From: Intoshia linei | Taxonomy: Eukaryota > Animalia > Orthonectida | Direction: 5' to 3' | NCBI GenBank assembly: GCA_001642005.1 | Contig: LWCA01000276.1 | Coordinates: forward strand, 1-34,691 | DNA: 34,691 nt | Shown: positions 1 to 9,312 of the stretch, one piece after another | Layout: every line of letters begins with the position of its first letter | Position numbering within the stretch: the first letter of the stretch is position 1 | The notes under the pieces: model-generated | The model's input: the letters and a program-made list of their open reading frames with translations, nothing else | The model's database searches: none | What the model was told of the DNA's origin: nothing | Program-made: the position numbers and the translations under genes

Positions 1-305
1 TATAATATGTAATAAATGTATATAATTTTCATGGACCCCGTTGAGAATGGCTGGCATACACTACCCAGGATATCAATAATTGTAGGAACCCCAAATTTCA
101 CATGAAGAAAATAAATGTAGTTATTAAATAATACATTGTACTGAACAGTGCTCAGTGAGCCCAGTATCAAATTAAATAAAACTGAATATGTTTTTTTAAT
201 AATTTTATTTATGTGAATTGATATCATGTTTAGAGTATATTATTGGAGAGAAAATTTTTGGGTCGCAAACACAAAAAGGTTGCAAAACACTGGTTTAATA
301 CATTC

Positions 306-569
306 AAAAATGGAATAACAATTGTTTTTAAAAATCTTTACACAAATGTCAACAAAATTAAGTAGGAATAATTCACTTTAAAGTAAAAGGTAATGTGATA
401 TGACGGTTCCACGTGAAACAAATTTTGGAATCACTCCTTTAAAGGGTTGATAATAGTGAATAGTAGGATTTTTAAGTTAGATTTTCAACGTGAATTTATT
501 CGGTAGAATAAAAGTGTGCCCTCGGCAGAGTTAGATGCTGTTTGTACGTAGTACATAACAGCCATTTAG
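306..569 (+). mobile_element. Helitron 3' portion
   Basis: Near-colinear with 29997-30258; hairpin TGTTTGTACGTAGTACATAACA followed by TTAG|T. Confidence 0.75.
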
Positions 570-714
570 TTGAAAAAATAAATTTATATTCATGAGAAAC
601 TCTGTCATCAAATATCAATGACAAACTAATCATTCTTTACTTTTATAAAAATAAATATCTGGGTGTGTGTATTAATTTATTGAAAAAATTAACAGTCATA
701 GGATTTAAAAAACA

Positions 715-990
715 AAATTTCTAATACAGTTTTTCCCAGAGCGAGTTTTTATCTATTTAAAGTTGCAGAATTTGAGTTCTTCAGGGTCAAAACCTCAATT
801 TTCCCTTTTGTTTAAAAAAATCAACCCAAAAATGTAATAAAACATATATTCTGGGACGCATTTAAAAGCATAAACATTGTCGTTAATCTCAGCCTCAGAA
901 ACGCGTAGCTTCATGGTCAAAACCCTAAATTACCCTTTGTTTTAAAAATGAACCATGTCCTAACATTTTATAAAACAAATTCTGGGAATC
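715..990 (+). repeat. Helitron tandem-unit fragment
   Basis: CTTCA(G/T)GGTCAAAACC cores at about 779 and 909. Confidence 0.65.
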
Positions 991-2102
991 ACTGATGTAT
1001 GTCAATGTTAACTTGGGTGTTTAGTTGATGTGATTAATAATAATTGTGTGTAGTTCATTGATTCATTTCGCTGAACTTATTTCTATAATCTACTTTTATC
1101 AACCATAAAATGAAAAATGGGTTATTATCAAACCCTAAGAAAAAATCATTTTTAACAAAACATTAAGAAACCACTGAAAGCGGATATTTTATTTAAAAAT
1201 TTGGGTTTATGTAGATTCATTATATTATATTTTTTGTTTAGTTATTTTGATCCCGGAGACAAAAATGCCTAACATTGCTATTGATTTATTTGTTGAAATT
1301 CACAATTTTTTATTGTAATATTAATTTACATTTAATTTAAACATTTGGATAATGAAAATTGTCTATTTCAATAGCATCAATTTTTATCATGGTTGATTTG
1401 TACAAAAAATGAAAATTTTCTTTTATTTGATATTTTTGAGAAATAATTGAAAACAGCTTATTTGAGTATTCGACATGATTTTATACTTTTTGGAAAATGC
1501 AATTTTAATGACAAATTAAATTCAAAGTTGTATAAGAATGTATGCATCTGTCATGTATGGATTTTCTAATTAAGAAACTCTGACCTAGATGAAAACATGC
1601 ATCACCTCAAAACACATAAGTACAAAAATGATACATAAGTCATAATGTACTACAAAATGTTAGTTGTGTGTCTATGTTGCAATAAATTAATTTATTTTAA
1701 ACTTGTATATATTTAACTTTATGTTTAGATTATTGACCTCGATTTCTATATTTCTTGCAATGGTCAACGTCTTACCAGTTAATCCTTGTGATGGATATAT
1801 GATTTATAATTTGTTTTATAATTTTTTTAATAATAAATAAATGTTATATTGTAGTGGTTCTTAATCTTAAAATTCCACTTGCCCGCTTAAAAAATTTCTA
1901 AATTACTTAATGCACTAAAGATTTAATAATGGTCAAAAATAGTAGGGAGTCCATACTATAATGAGTGATAATAGTTATTTTAACCGTTACGAGACAATTG
2001 CATATATAGATGCCAAAAACTACACATACATTTACATTGGTTTGTATACAAACCAAAATAAGACGCTACCAATATAAATTATGAACAAATTACTGCATAT
2101 AC

Positions 2103-2275
2103 TAGTGGTTTTTAACCTTTGTGTGTTCGCCCCCCTTATAAACATAAAAAATTTTCTATATACTCCAAAAATCTTATCAATTAACATAAATGAAAATATT
2201 AAAAAACCATATTCACTTTTATTTATATTTTATACTGTGTTCAAATTCTCACGACCCCCCGGTTGGAAACCACTG
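2103..2275. mobile_element. hAT (Charlie-like) MITE
   Basis: Ends TAGTGGTTTTTAACC / GGTTGGAAACCACTG; 8-bp TSD GCATATAC / GCTTATAC. Confidence 0.8.
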
Positions 2276-2602
2276 GCTTATACAATAACATGTAATATGC
2301 GTAAAAATTAATTTTATTATCAATGTTTACTTTGTGTCAACAATAAATATATTTTATTGCTAATTCTAAGCCAAATTTAAGTTCACTTTACAAATCAATG
2401 ACATTTGAAATTTCTGAATTTTAAGTTTTTTGTTATTTAAGTCTTATAATAAGATCAAAATGTCAAATGTCAGGTAACATTCTATACAAATAATTAGTTC
2501 ATATACAATGTTTGTACCGCCGCTTATTTTGTACGCATTCACAAAAATAAAATTTAGATAGCTCCATTTTTTACACGTATAGAAACATTTCAAATTTAGA
2601 TA

Positions 2603-3450
2603 CAGTAAGACCTGTATATATTGAACACTAACATAGAAAAAATAACGATGTTCTTTATAGAGTTTATAGTGAACTTTTTATTATCCTTAAAATTCTGATT
2701 TTTCCACTTAAAGCATCATAACAAAGTTTGATCAAATCAAAATATTTTTGAAAATAGTATATTAACACCAGGTATTGGAATTAATTGATTGCAACTAATT
2801 TAATTGCAATTAATTGGTAAAAATTATTGAAAAATGAAAAAATATTTACCAATTAATTGCTTCATGAAAAATAAAAAATTTCAATTAATTGAAGATTGAT
2901 AACAATATCATAATCATTTTTAAAAAACTGTCATGTAGTTATAATGAATACTAGGATAATGTTTGTTCAAAGTACATTAAAGTCAAGCTAGTAGGTTAAA
3001 TATATCATTTTCTGTTCATTAATTAATTTTTTCATTCAACCATTCCTCAATAAAAGGATTTAATTTATATTTTTTCAGTTATATGAAAAACAATTAATTG
3101 GTTTATACAAAATAATTGATTGCAATCAATTATTTCCAATCCCTGATTAATACAACAGAATATTCATTAAAATACCAAGTAAAATAGTAATAAAAAGTAC
3201 AATTTTAATTAAATTTATATTCAATGTTTTAAATTTTTTTTAATGTAGAAAAATAATCAGTTATTTTAGCTTGTCTCGACAATTTTTCCGATATTATATC
3301 ATTTATCACTTTAAGTATATTATTAATTCCATTCGGATAATTTTCAATGTACCATTGTTGCAACTGTTTAGAAATACATAGAGCTTCGTAAGTATGTATT
3401 GTCATTTGAATGGGAGTCTGAGTCATTTGAAACCTTAAAATCTTCAATTT
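2603..3450 (-). mobile_element. pogo/Tigger-like transposon remnant (C-terminus and 3' TIR)
   Basis: ORF 3229..3447(-) ends EAL...QLQQW...RQAKITDYF, a PIP-box-like C-terminus typical of Tigger transposases. TA+CAGTAAGACCTGTATATATTGAACAC at 2601 resembles a Tigger TIR. Confidence 0.6.
2769..3145. mobile_element. hAT MITE with ~32-bp TIRs
   Basis: CAGGTATTGGAATTAATTGATTGCAA ... TTGCAATCAATTATTTCCAATCCCTG; TSD ATTAACAC / ATTAATAC. Confidence 0.85.
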
Positions 3451-4068
3451 GAGTTTGAGACAATTTTAGAGCCATGTTTTAATCATTTTGTTAGATAAAA
3501 TAAAATATTTCAACCTTTTAAATTCAATTCATTCAAATAGTTTTTCATCTATTTATAGAGGTTTAAAAGAAGCTTTTATTACTAGTTATTACTAGCTAAA
3601 AACAAATCGATCTGGAGGGAAGAATAAACCAACCTATTGGAAATTTTTACCTTAATAATAAGATATGTTGCAATTGATCATATGAAACAATCAAAAATCA
3701 CAATGAGTTTTCAATTCTATAAGTGTAAGTAAATACTGGGTAGTAATCACTGATTACCCAATAAATGATAAAAAATTAGAAAATATCATTATTTTAACCA
3801 GTTTTAATTATTAGTGTAAAAGTAAGTGGAATTGTTGACAATTTTATTACAATCTGTGTAAAAGTAAGTAATACTGAGTAAAATTAAATTGACATCCATT
3901 GATAATCTGAATTTGAGTTTAATATTTTAGAAATATTTTATTTATTTACTTACTTGTCAGTTGTAGTAATTATTCCTAAAGTTTATTTCATAAATATGTC
4001 ATAAATTTTACCAAGAATTCGTTAGTAATTATCTTATGTAAATAAGTAGAATAATTTTTTCATTATTA

Positions 4069-6171
4069 ATAAAATACATATTTTTCCTCTACATATTGAT
4101 ACTTTTCATATCCGAAAGGTGTAGTGATGATTTAAAAGTTATCGAAGTAAAAGAATCTAAAAAACCTAATTCGGTTTGGAACTATGCTAATTTATATGCT
4201 CGTGTTTATACCGACTTTATAGAATTGTACGTGTTTAAAGATTTAAAATTTAATCTTATTAATAAATGGAAATATTACAAAATTATCACCGGTTTCAAAA
4301 TGCTTGAAATTATGGTTTCTTATAATGATCGAAAAATCGTATATAAATTGCCTCAAGGTCAGTTACGTATAATTTCGACAAAATTACAATTTATATCGCA
4401 ATCTCAAATTTTATCTAATTACAAAAAAAACTTGTTGGTAGCTTATTAGTATAATCAAATTTGCATAATTGGTAATCAGATTAAGAAATTGATTCTTCCA
4501 TTCCATACTACTGCCATCTTAAAGTGTAATTACGATCCGTCGAGTTATTATTCCATGTCGGATTTTGTAATATTATTGATAAACATTGAAACATTTAAAG
4601 TTCAAGAAATTTCCAGATATCAAAATCATCATTGTTACCAAAATTTAATCATCACAAATCAAAAATTATTAGCATTAACTAAATTAAATAGATATGATAA
4701 TATAATATTTGAAAACAATAAATGTAAATACCTTGATAAATACAATTCATGGGTTGTAAATGCGTTTTTATTCAGAAAAAGATATTTGTTGGTTTTGCGG
4801 GTAAATTTATATTTTTATTTTGCAGTACTACAGAAAATATGTAGTAGTTGATACATGTGATCCTAAATAAATAATAACTACGTAGTTATTATTAATATTA
4901 TTATTATTATTATTAATTAATGTACAGTATTCTCCCTATAACTAGCCATTTTTGGGATTTAGAAAAAGTTATTGAGATATGGAATTTAAAACTAAAGTAT
5001 AAAATTTAAGCTATAATTATGTATCAATAATTAACGGAATGAAGACTTTATAAACATTTCAGATGAATTATACCAATATTGCCAAAGATTGTAATAAATA
5101 TAAAAATGATAATATTAAAATTGTATTACTTTTAGTAATTGTTGTTGTAGTTTTAATTTAAATTTTAAACAAAATGTTTTGAAAATGAGAATTTGAGATT
5201 GAAAAATTGCGTACCAATGATAAAAATTCCGAAATAATGAATTATATAGATTTTCACCCATATTTCTTTATTAGAAATGTGTAGAGTCTAGTGTACTAAA
5301 AATAAATAATAAAAATGTAAGTTTTAGCATTTGTAAAGATTCTTATAAAGAAATTGGATTAATTCAACTCATTAGTATACAATCTTTTAAAATTATTTAC
5401 TATTCAATAAATGGAGGAATTTCATGGCATGTATTTGAAAATTGTATGTCGGAAATCACAACAGTTCATACTTCGTCTAGAAATTATGTTCTATTGACTT
5501 TAACCAATACTCACATAATGTTATCTCTCAATGGAGGTAGAAATTGGAATACATTTAAAAATGATAATTTTGCCCTTGCATTTAATAAAAATTATAAAAA
5601 CATTTACATTGAGCAAAGAGAATATTTAAAAATTTTAATAATTTACTCAAATATGGCAATGATTGAATACAACTACGATAAAAAAATTTCAAAATGCAGA
5701 TAAATAAACTATACTAGTTATCAAAATGGATATAAATATTATGAAAAAGATGTTGACGACAATAACTGTTTCGTTGGATCTGATGTATTGATTCCTGAAC
5801 GCAATCCATCGTTTCAGTGTTCATTTTCTGATTTTATTTGCGAAAATTCTTATAAACGACAATCTAGACTTTGTAAAAATTGAGAAAATTTGACTATACC
5901 TGTTTGGTTTAATAATAGATTGATGGAAATTGATCCATTCGGTTATGTACCAATTTATTCATCTAATTATTATTCAAAGTTTTGTATTTCAAATTTTTCC
6001 AAAGTTGAAGCAACTTCGAACATAGCTTGCAAGTACAATGATGAAACCAATAACCCCAAACATAAAATATTATATATATTTTTAATTCTCGGTTTAATTC
6101 TTATTATTCTACTAATTTGTAAGAAAATTTTCGATTGTCACAAGAATTCTGACTATGTATCGTTTCATTAG
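4069..6171 (+). pseudogene. Divergent Vps10p-domain (sortilin-like) type I membrane receptor pseudogene
   Basis: Track ORFs 4096, 4489, 5446 and 5890 share one frame. Signal-peptide-like IKYIFFLYILILFISERCS starts with ATA at 4069. Asp-box/BNR-like motifs YSINGGISW and LSLNGGRNW. 10CC-like Cys segment YEKDVDDNNCFVG...QCSFSDFICENSYKRQSRLC. TM helix ILYIFLILGLILIILLIC. Short tail ending DYVSFH (YxxPhi). In-frame stops at 4447, 4849, 5701 and 5881; TE debris at about 4920-5290. Confidence 0.72.
5030..5290 (-). repeat. Inverted Helitron internal fragment inside the Vps10-like pseudogene
   Basis: Reverse complement of about 7050-7295 and 29625-29890. Confidence 0.7.
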
Positions 6172-6223
6172 AAGTGTATTTAAAATTTAAAATTTAAATT
6201 ATTACTTAGTGCATAGAAAGTAA

Positions 6224-6300
6224 CTAGTTTGACTCTTATGTACTTTATACAAACAGTACCTAGCTTTGCCGAAGCAGACTTTTTTAATTTTAACATATTG
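6224..6300 (-). mobile_element. Helitron 3' end fragment (inverted)
   Basis: Reverse complement reads ...GCTAGGTACTGTTTGTATAAAGTACATAAGAGTCAAACTAG|T. Confidence 0.7.
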
Positions 6301-6453
6301 ATAATAATTTAAATTAAAAACGAAATTAAGAACTCTATGGATTAGTGTGAAAAATTAGATGCGACTCCACTGTAATGCTTTATTAAAACACTAAGAATTA
6401 TAGCATAATAGTATTTAACCAAAAACTTATAATTATCCTTACTTATATAATTA

Positions 6454-6553
6454 CTAGCTTGGTAGTTTTGTACTACGTACAAACAGCACCTAGCTCTGCC
6501 GAGGGCACACTTTTATTATACCAAAAAAATAAATTCACGTTGAAAATCTAACT
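6454..6553 (-). mobile_element. Helitron 3' end fragment (inverted)
   Basis: Reverse complement reads ...GTGCTGTTTGTACGTAGTACAAAACTACCAAGCTAG|T. Confidence 0.8.
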
Positions 6554-6569
6554 GAAGAATTAAAAAAAT

Positions 6570-7490
6570 AACTACTCTGATACGGATTTTAAAATCATAA
6601 ATATTATCATAAATTTAAATTTATAAAAAAATATATCTTAAAGTCCAGAACCACAAATTACCCTTTTTTTAATGAAAACAAACCTAGAATTTAAAAAATT
6701 ACAGGTGATACAGTTGTATCCTGTTAATACACACAAAAAATTTCAATCTGAATAAGTGACGCCTTCATGGTCAAAAAAGCACTTTAGTTTTCATATATTT
6801 TTTTTCCGAAATATTTTATTAAAACAAAAAATGTGAATAATTTACTGGTCCCAAAATTAAAAAAAAGATTTTTCTGATAGAGTTTATTCCAATTTATGTA
6901 AATTCAAAATTTCAACTACAGAAATCTACGCATTTCCGATGAAAAATAATTTTTAATATATCATCAACTAATATTTTTAAAATATTTTGATTAAAATAAA
7001 AATTGAAAATGTAAATATTGATCCTACAATTTAAAAAAAATCTGCATTGAAGTCTACACATTTCCAATAAAGAAATATGGGTGAAACTCTATGTAATTCA
7101 TTCCATCGCAATTTTGCAATCTCAAATTCTCATTTTTAAACATTTTGTTTACAATTTAAATTAAAACTACAACAAGGAATTAATAAAAGTAATACAACTT
7201 TGTTATTATCATTTTTATATTTATTACAATCTTTTGCAATATTGGTAAAATTCACTTGAAATATGTTTATAAAGTGCTGATTCCGTTAATTATTGGTATT
7301 TTTAAGTATTTATTAAATTGGTACAGATAATTTATCACATTTTTTAATATATATCACATTTAATATATACACACATTATGTCTAATCAATTAAAAAAATG
7401 GGATAACAATTGTTTTTAAAATTCTTTTTTGGTAGAATAAAAATGTGTCCTAGCACCAAAGCTAGGTGATGTTTGTATGTAGTACATGAT
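6570..7490 (+). mobile_element. Helitron body with truncated 3' end
   Basis: Colinear with 29158-30245 apart from deletions. Confidence 0.78.
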
Positions 7491-7779
7491 ATGAAATTAA
7501 TAAGCATATTAAATAGTTAAAAGTATAGGATAGTAATACAATTTTAAATCTGCAAAAAAATTGTATATTGACAAAATAAACTTTACTCAAAATTATTTAT
7601 TTTCCATGATTTAAAATTTTCTATTAGTTTTGAAATGTGGCGTAATATTAAAGGTAATTTAGGTTATTATATATTAATTAAATTGTAAATATGTAATTTT
7701 TTTTGCTGATAGATCTAAATTCTAGAATTTTCTATATTTGATGTAAATTTACTATTTACAGAATTTTCATTTTAGAAAC

Positions 7780-7985
7780 TGGTTCCCGATTCAAATAGTG
7801 AAAGAACCCAATTTTAAAAATATGTATTTTTTGGAAACCAAATAAAACATGAAATATATAACATTTATGAAAAAATTAACGATTTTTCTCATAAGATTTG
7901 GTAAAATTTTTTTTTTTAAAAAAATATTGGAAAAATTGGATTTTTTCGTTATTGTTTGAAATGGTATTTTTTATTATATTTTATT
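7780..7985 (+). repeat. Unclassified interspersed repeat, copy 1
   Basis: TGGTTCCCGATTCAAATAGTG...ATAAGATTTGGT...TGGTATTTTTT is shared with 17290-17555. Confidence 0.7.
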
Positions 7986-8359
7986 TGAATCTCACGTAGC
8001 CTAGGGTTCAATGACGCAAATCGGGATCACTGTATTAGAATGACTCGCTTTGATAATAAATAATATTGATTATCAAGCATATTTACGTATTTTATATTTA
8101 TGTTTGACTTTTAATTTTTATATTAATTCTAAAGCTAACATGATACGATCATGGATAGACGCGGTCCAAAAAGTTTTAATTAAATTTTAATTTAAGAGTT
8201 TTATCATTAATTGAAAGCCTTTTTCAAACTGCATGTCAAATATTGATTTCAAAAATTTGGATGGTAGTATCAAAAATTCAACTTGTAAAATTGTAAAATG
8301 AAAATGTCTTAATGAAAGTGTTTATTTGTTCTAGTTTATTTAAGAAAGTAAGGGGAGTT

Positions 8360-9187
8360 GAGTTTCACAAAGTCCATATTTTTATAACAGTTTTTCCAGA
8401 ATGTTGTTTTATCGCAAATTTCAATTTTAGAAATTGAGTCCTTCAAGGTTAAAAACCCCAATAGTCCTTTGTTGTTAAATTCAAACCTGTCCTAGACTTA
8501 TAAAAATTACATATTCTAATGAAAAGTTTTAAATTCATCAATAAGTGGATAATTTTTAATTTCAAAATTTTAGATTTTCACTGCCAAAACCACAAATTGC
8601 CTTTTTTTGTAAAAAATAAGAAAGTTTTATAATTTTATACAACATTCTGGAATGGTTTTTAAATTCATCAGCATTATCATAAATGGTAAGCTCAAAAAAG
8701 GTAATTTTTACGGTCAAAAACTCAGATTACCTTTTTTTTAAATGAAAACAACCCTAGAATTTAAAAAAAAATTGACATGATACAGTTATATCCATTTAAC
8801 ACACATAAAAAATTTCAATCTGATTAAGTGACGCCTTTTGGGTCAAAAAAGCACTTTAATAGTCATTTTTTTACTTAGAAACTATTTTATTAAAACAAAA
8901 AATTTGAAATAATTAACGGTCGTACAATTAAAAAAAGAAGATCATTCTGATAGAGCTTATCCCATTTGATATAAAAAAAAATTTTAACTCCAGAAATCTA
9001 CGTATTGCCGGTGAAAAATATTGGATTAAAATGAAAAAGTAAAATTTGAAAATGACAATTTTGAATCAAAAATTGCGTAGCAATAAAAAAACCAGAAAGA
9101 ATCAATTATATAGATTTCCACCTATATTTATTTATTGGAAATGTGTCGACGTTCAATGCACATTTTTTTTTGAAATTGTAGGATGAT
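8360..9187 (+). mobile_element. Helitron internal fragment with four ~130-bp units and an inverted distal segment
   Basis: Unit cores at about 8441, 8576, 8707 and 8836; 9035-9187 is the reverse complement of about 7020-7150. Confidence 0.72.
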
Positions 9188-9188
9188 G

Positions 9189-9229
9189 TTTTTGCAATGC
9201 AATGCACATTGTGCATTGCATTGCAAAAA
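9189..9229. repeat. Perfect 41-bp palindrome (20-bp arms, 1-nt spacer)
   Basis: TTTTTGCAATGCAATGCACA-T-TGTGCATTGCATTGCAAAAA. Confidence 0.95.
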
Positions 9230-9299
9230 GATTAAGAAGTACTGATTTGGTAGGAAATAATCGTGGGGTTACAAATAACACTCGGTTCACTCGTTGAGA

Positions 9300-9312
9300 A
9301 TGACTGAGTTAG
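9300..9312 (+). CDS. NDUFA9: NDUFA9 exon 1 (micro-exon, MTEL-)
   Basis: ATG ACT GAG TTA G|GTGACC. Its phase 1 matches the TTATAG acceptor at 9385. There is no in-frame ATG in exon 2 or between it and the upstream stop at 9340. Confidence 0.6.

Noticed and set aside
2081-2311. 76-aa ORF (likewise 29015..29197 and 30798..31040)
   Set aside because: These overlap MITE, Helitron or intronic DNA and show no protein features.
4801-4825. Possible 25-nt intron GTAAAT...TTTTGCAG in the Vps10-like gene
   Set aside because: The downstream frame hits a stop within about 15 codons, and no consistent splice path to 5328 could be built.
4447-5883. Stop-codon reassignment or readthrough as an explanation of the in-frame stops in the Vps10-like gene
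   Set aside because: All three stop types occur, the start codon is also missing, and NDUFA9 (TAG) and ONECUT (TGA) terminate normally with no internal stops. Pseudogenisation is simpler.
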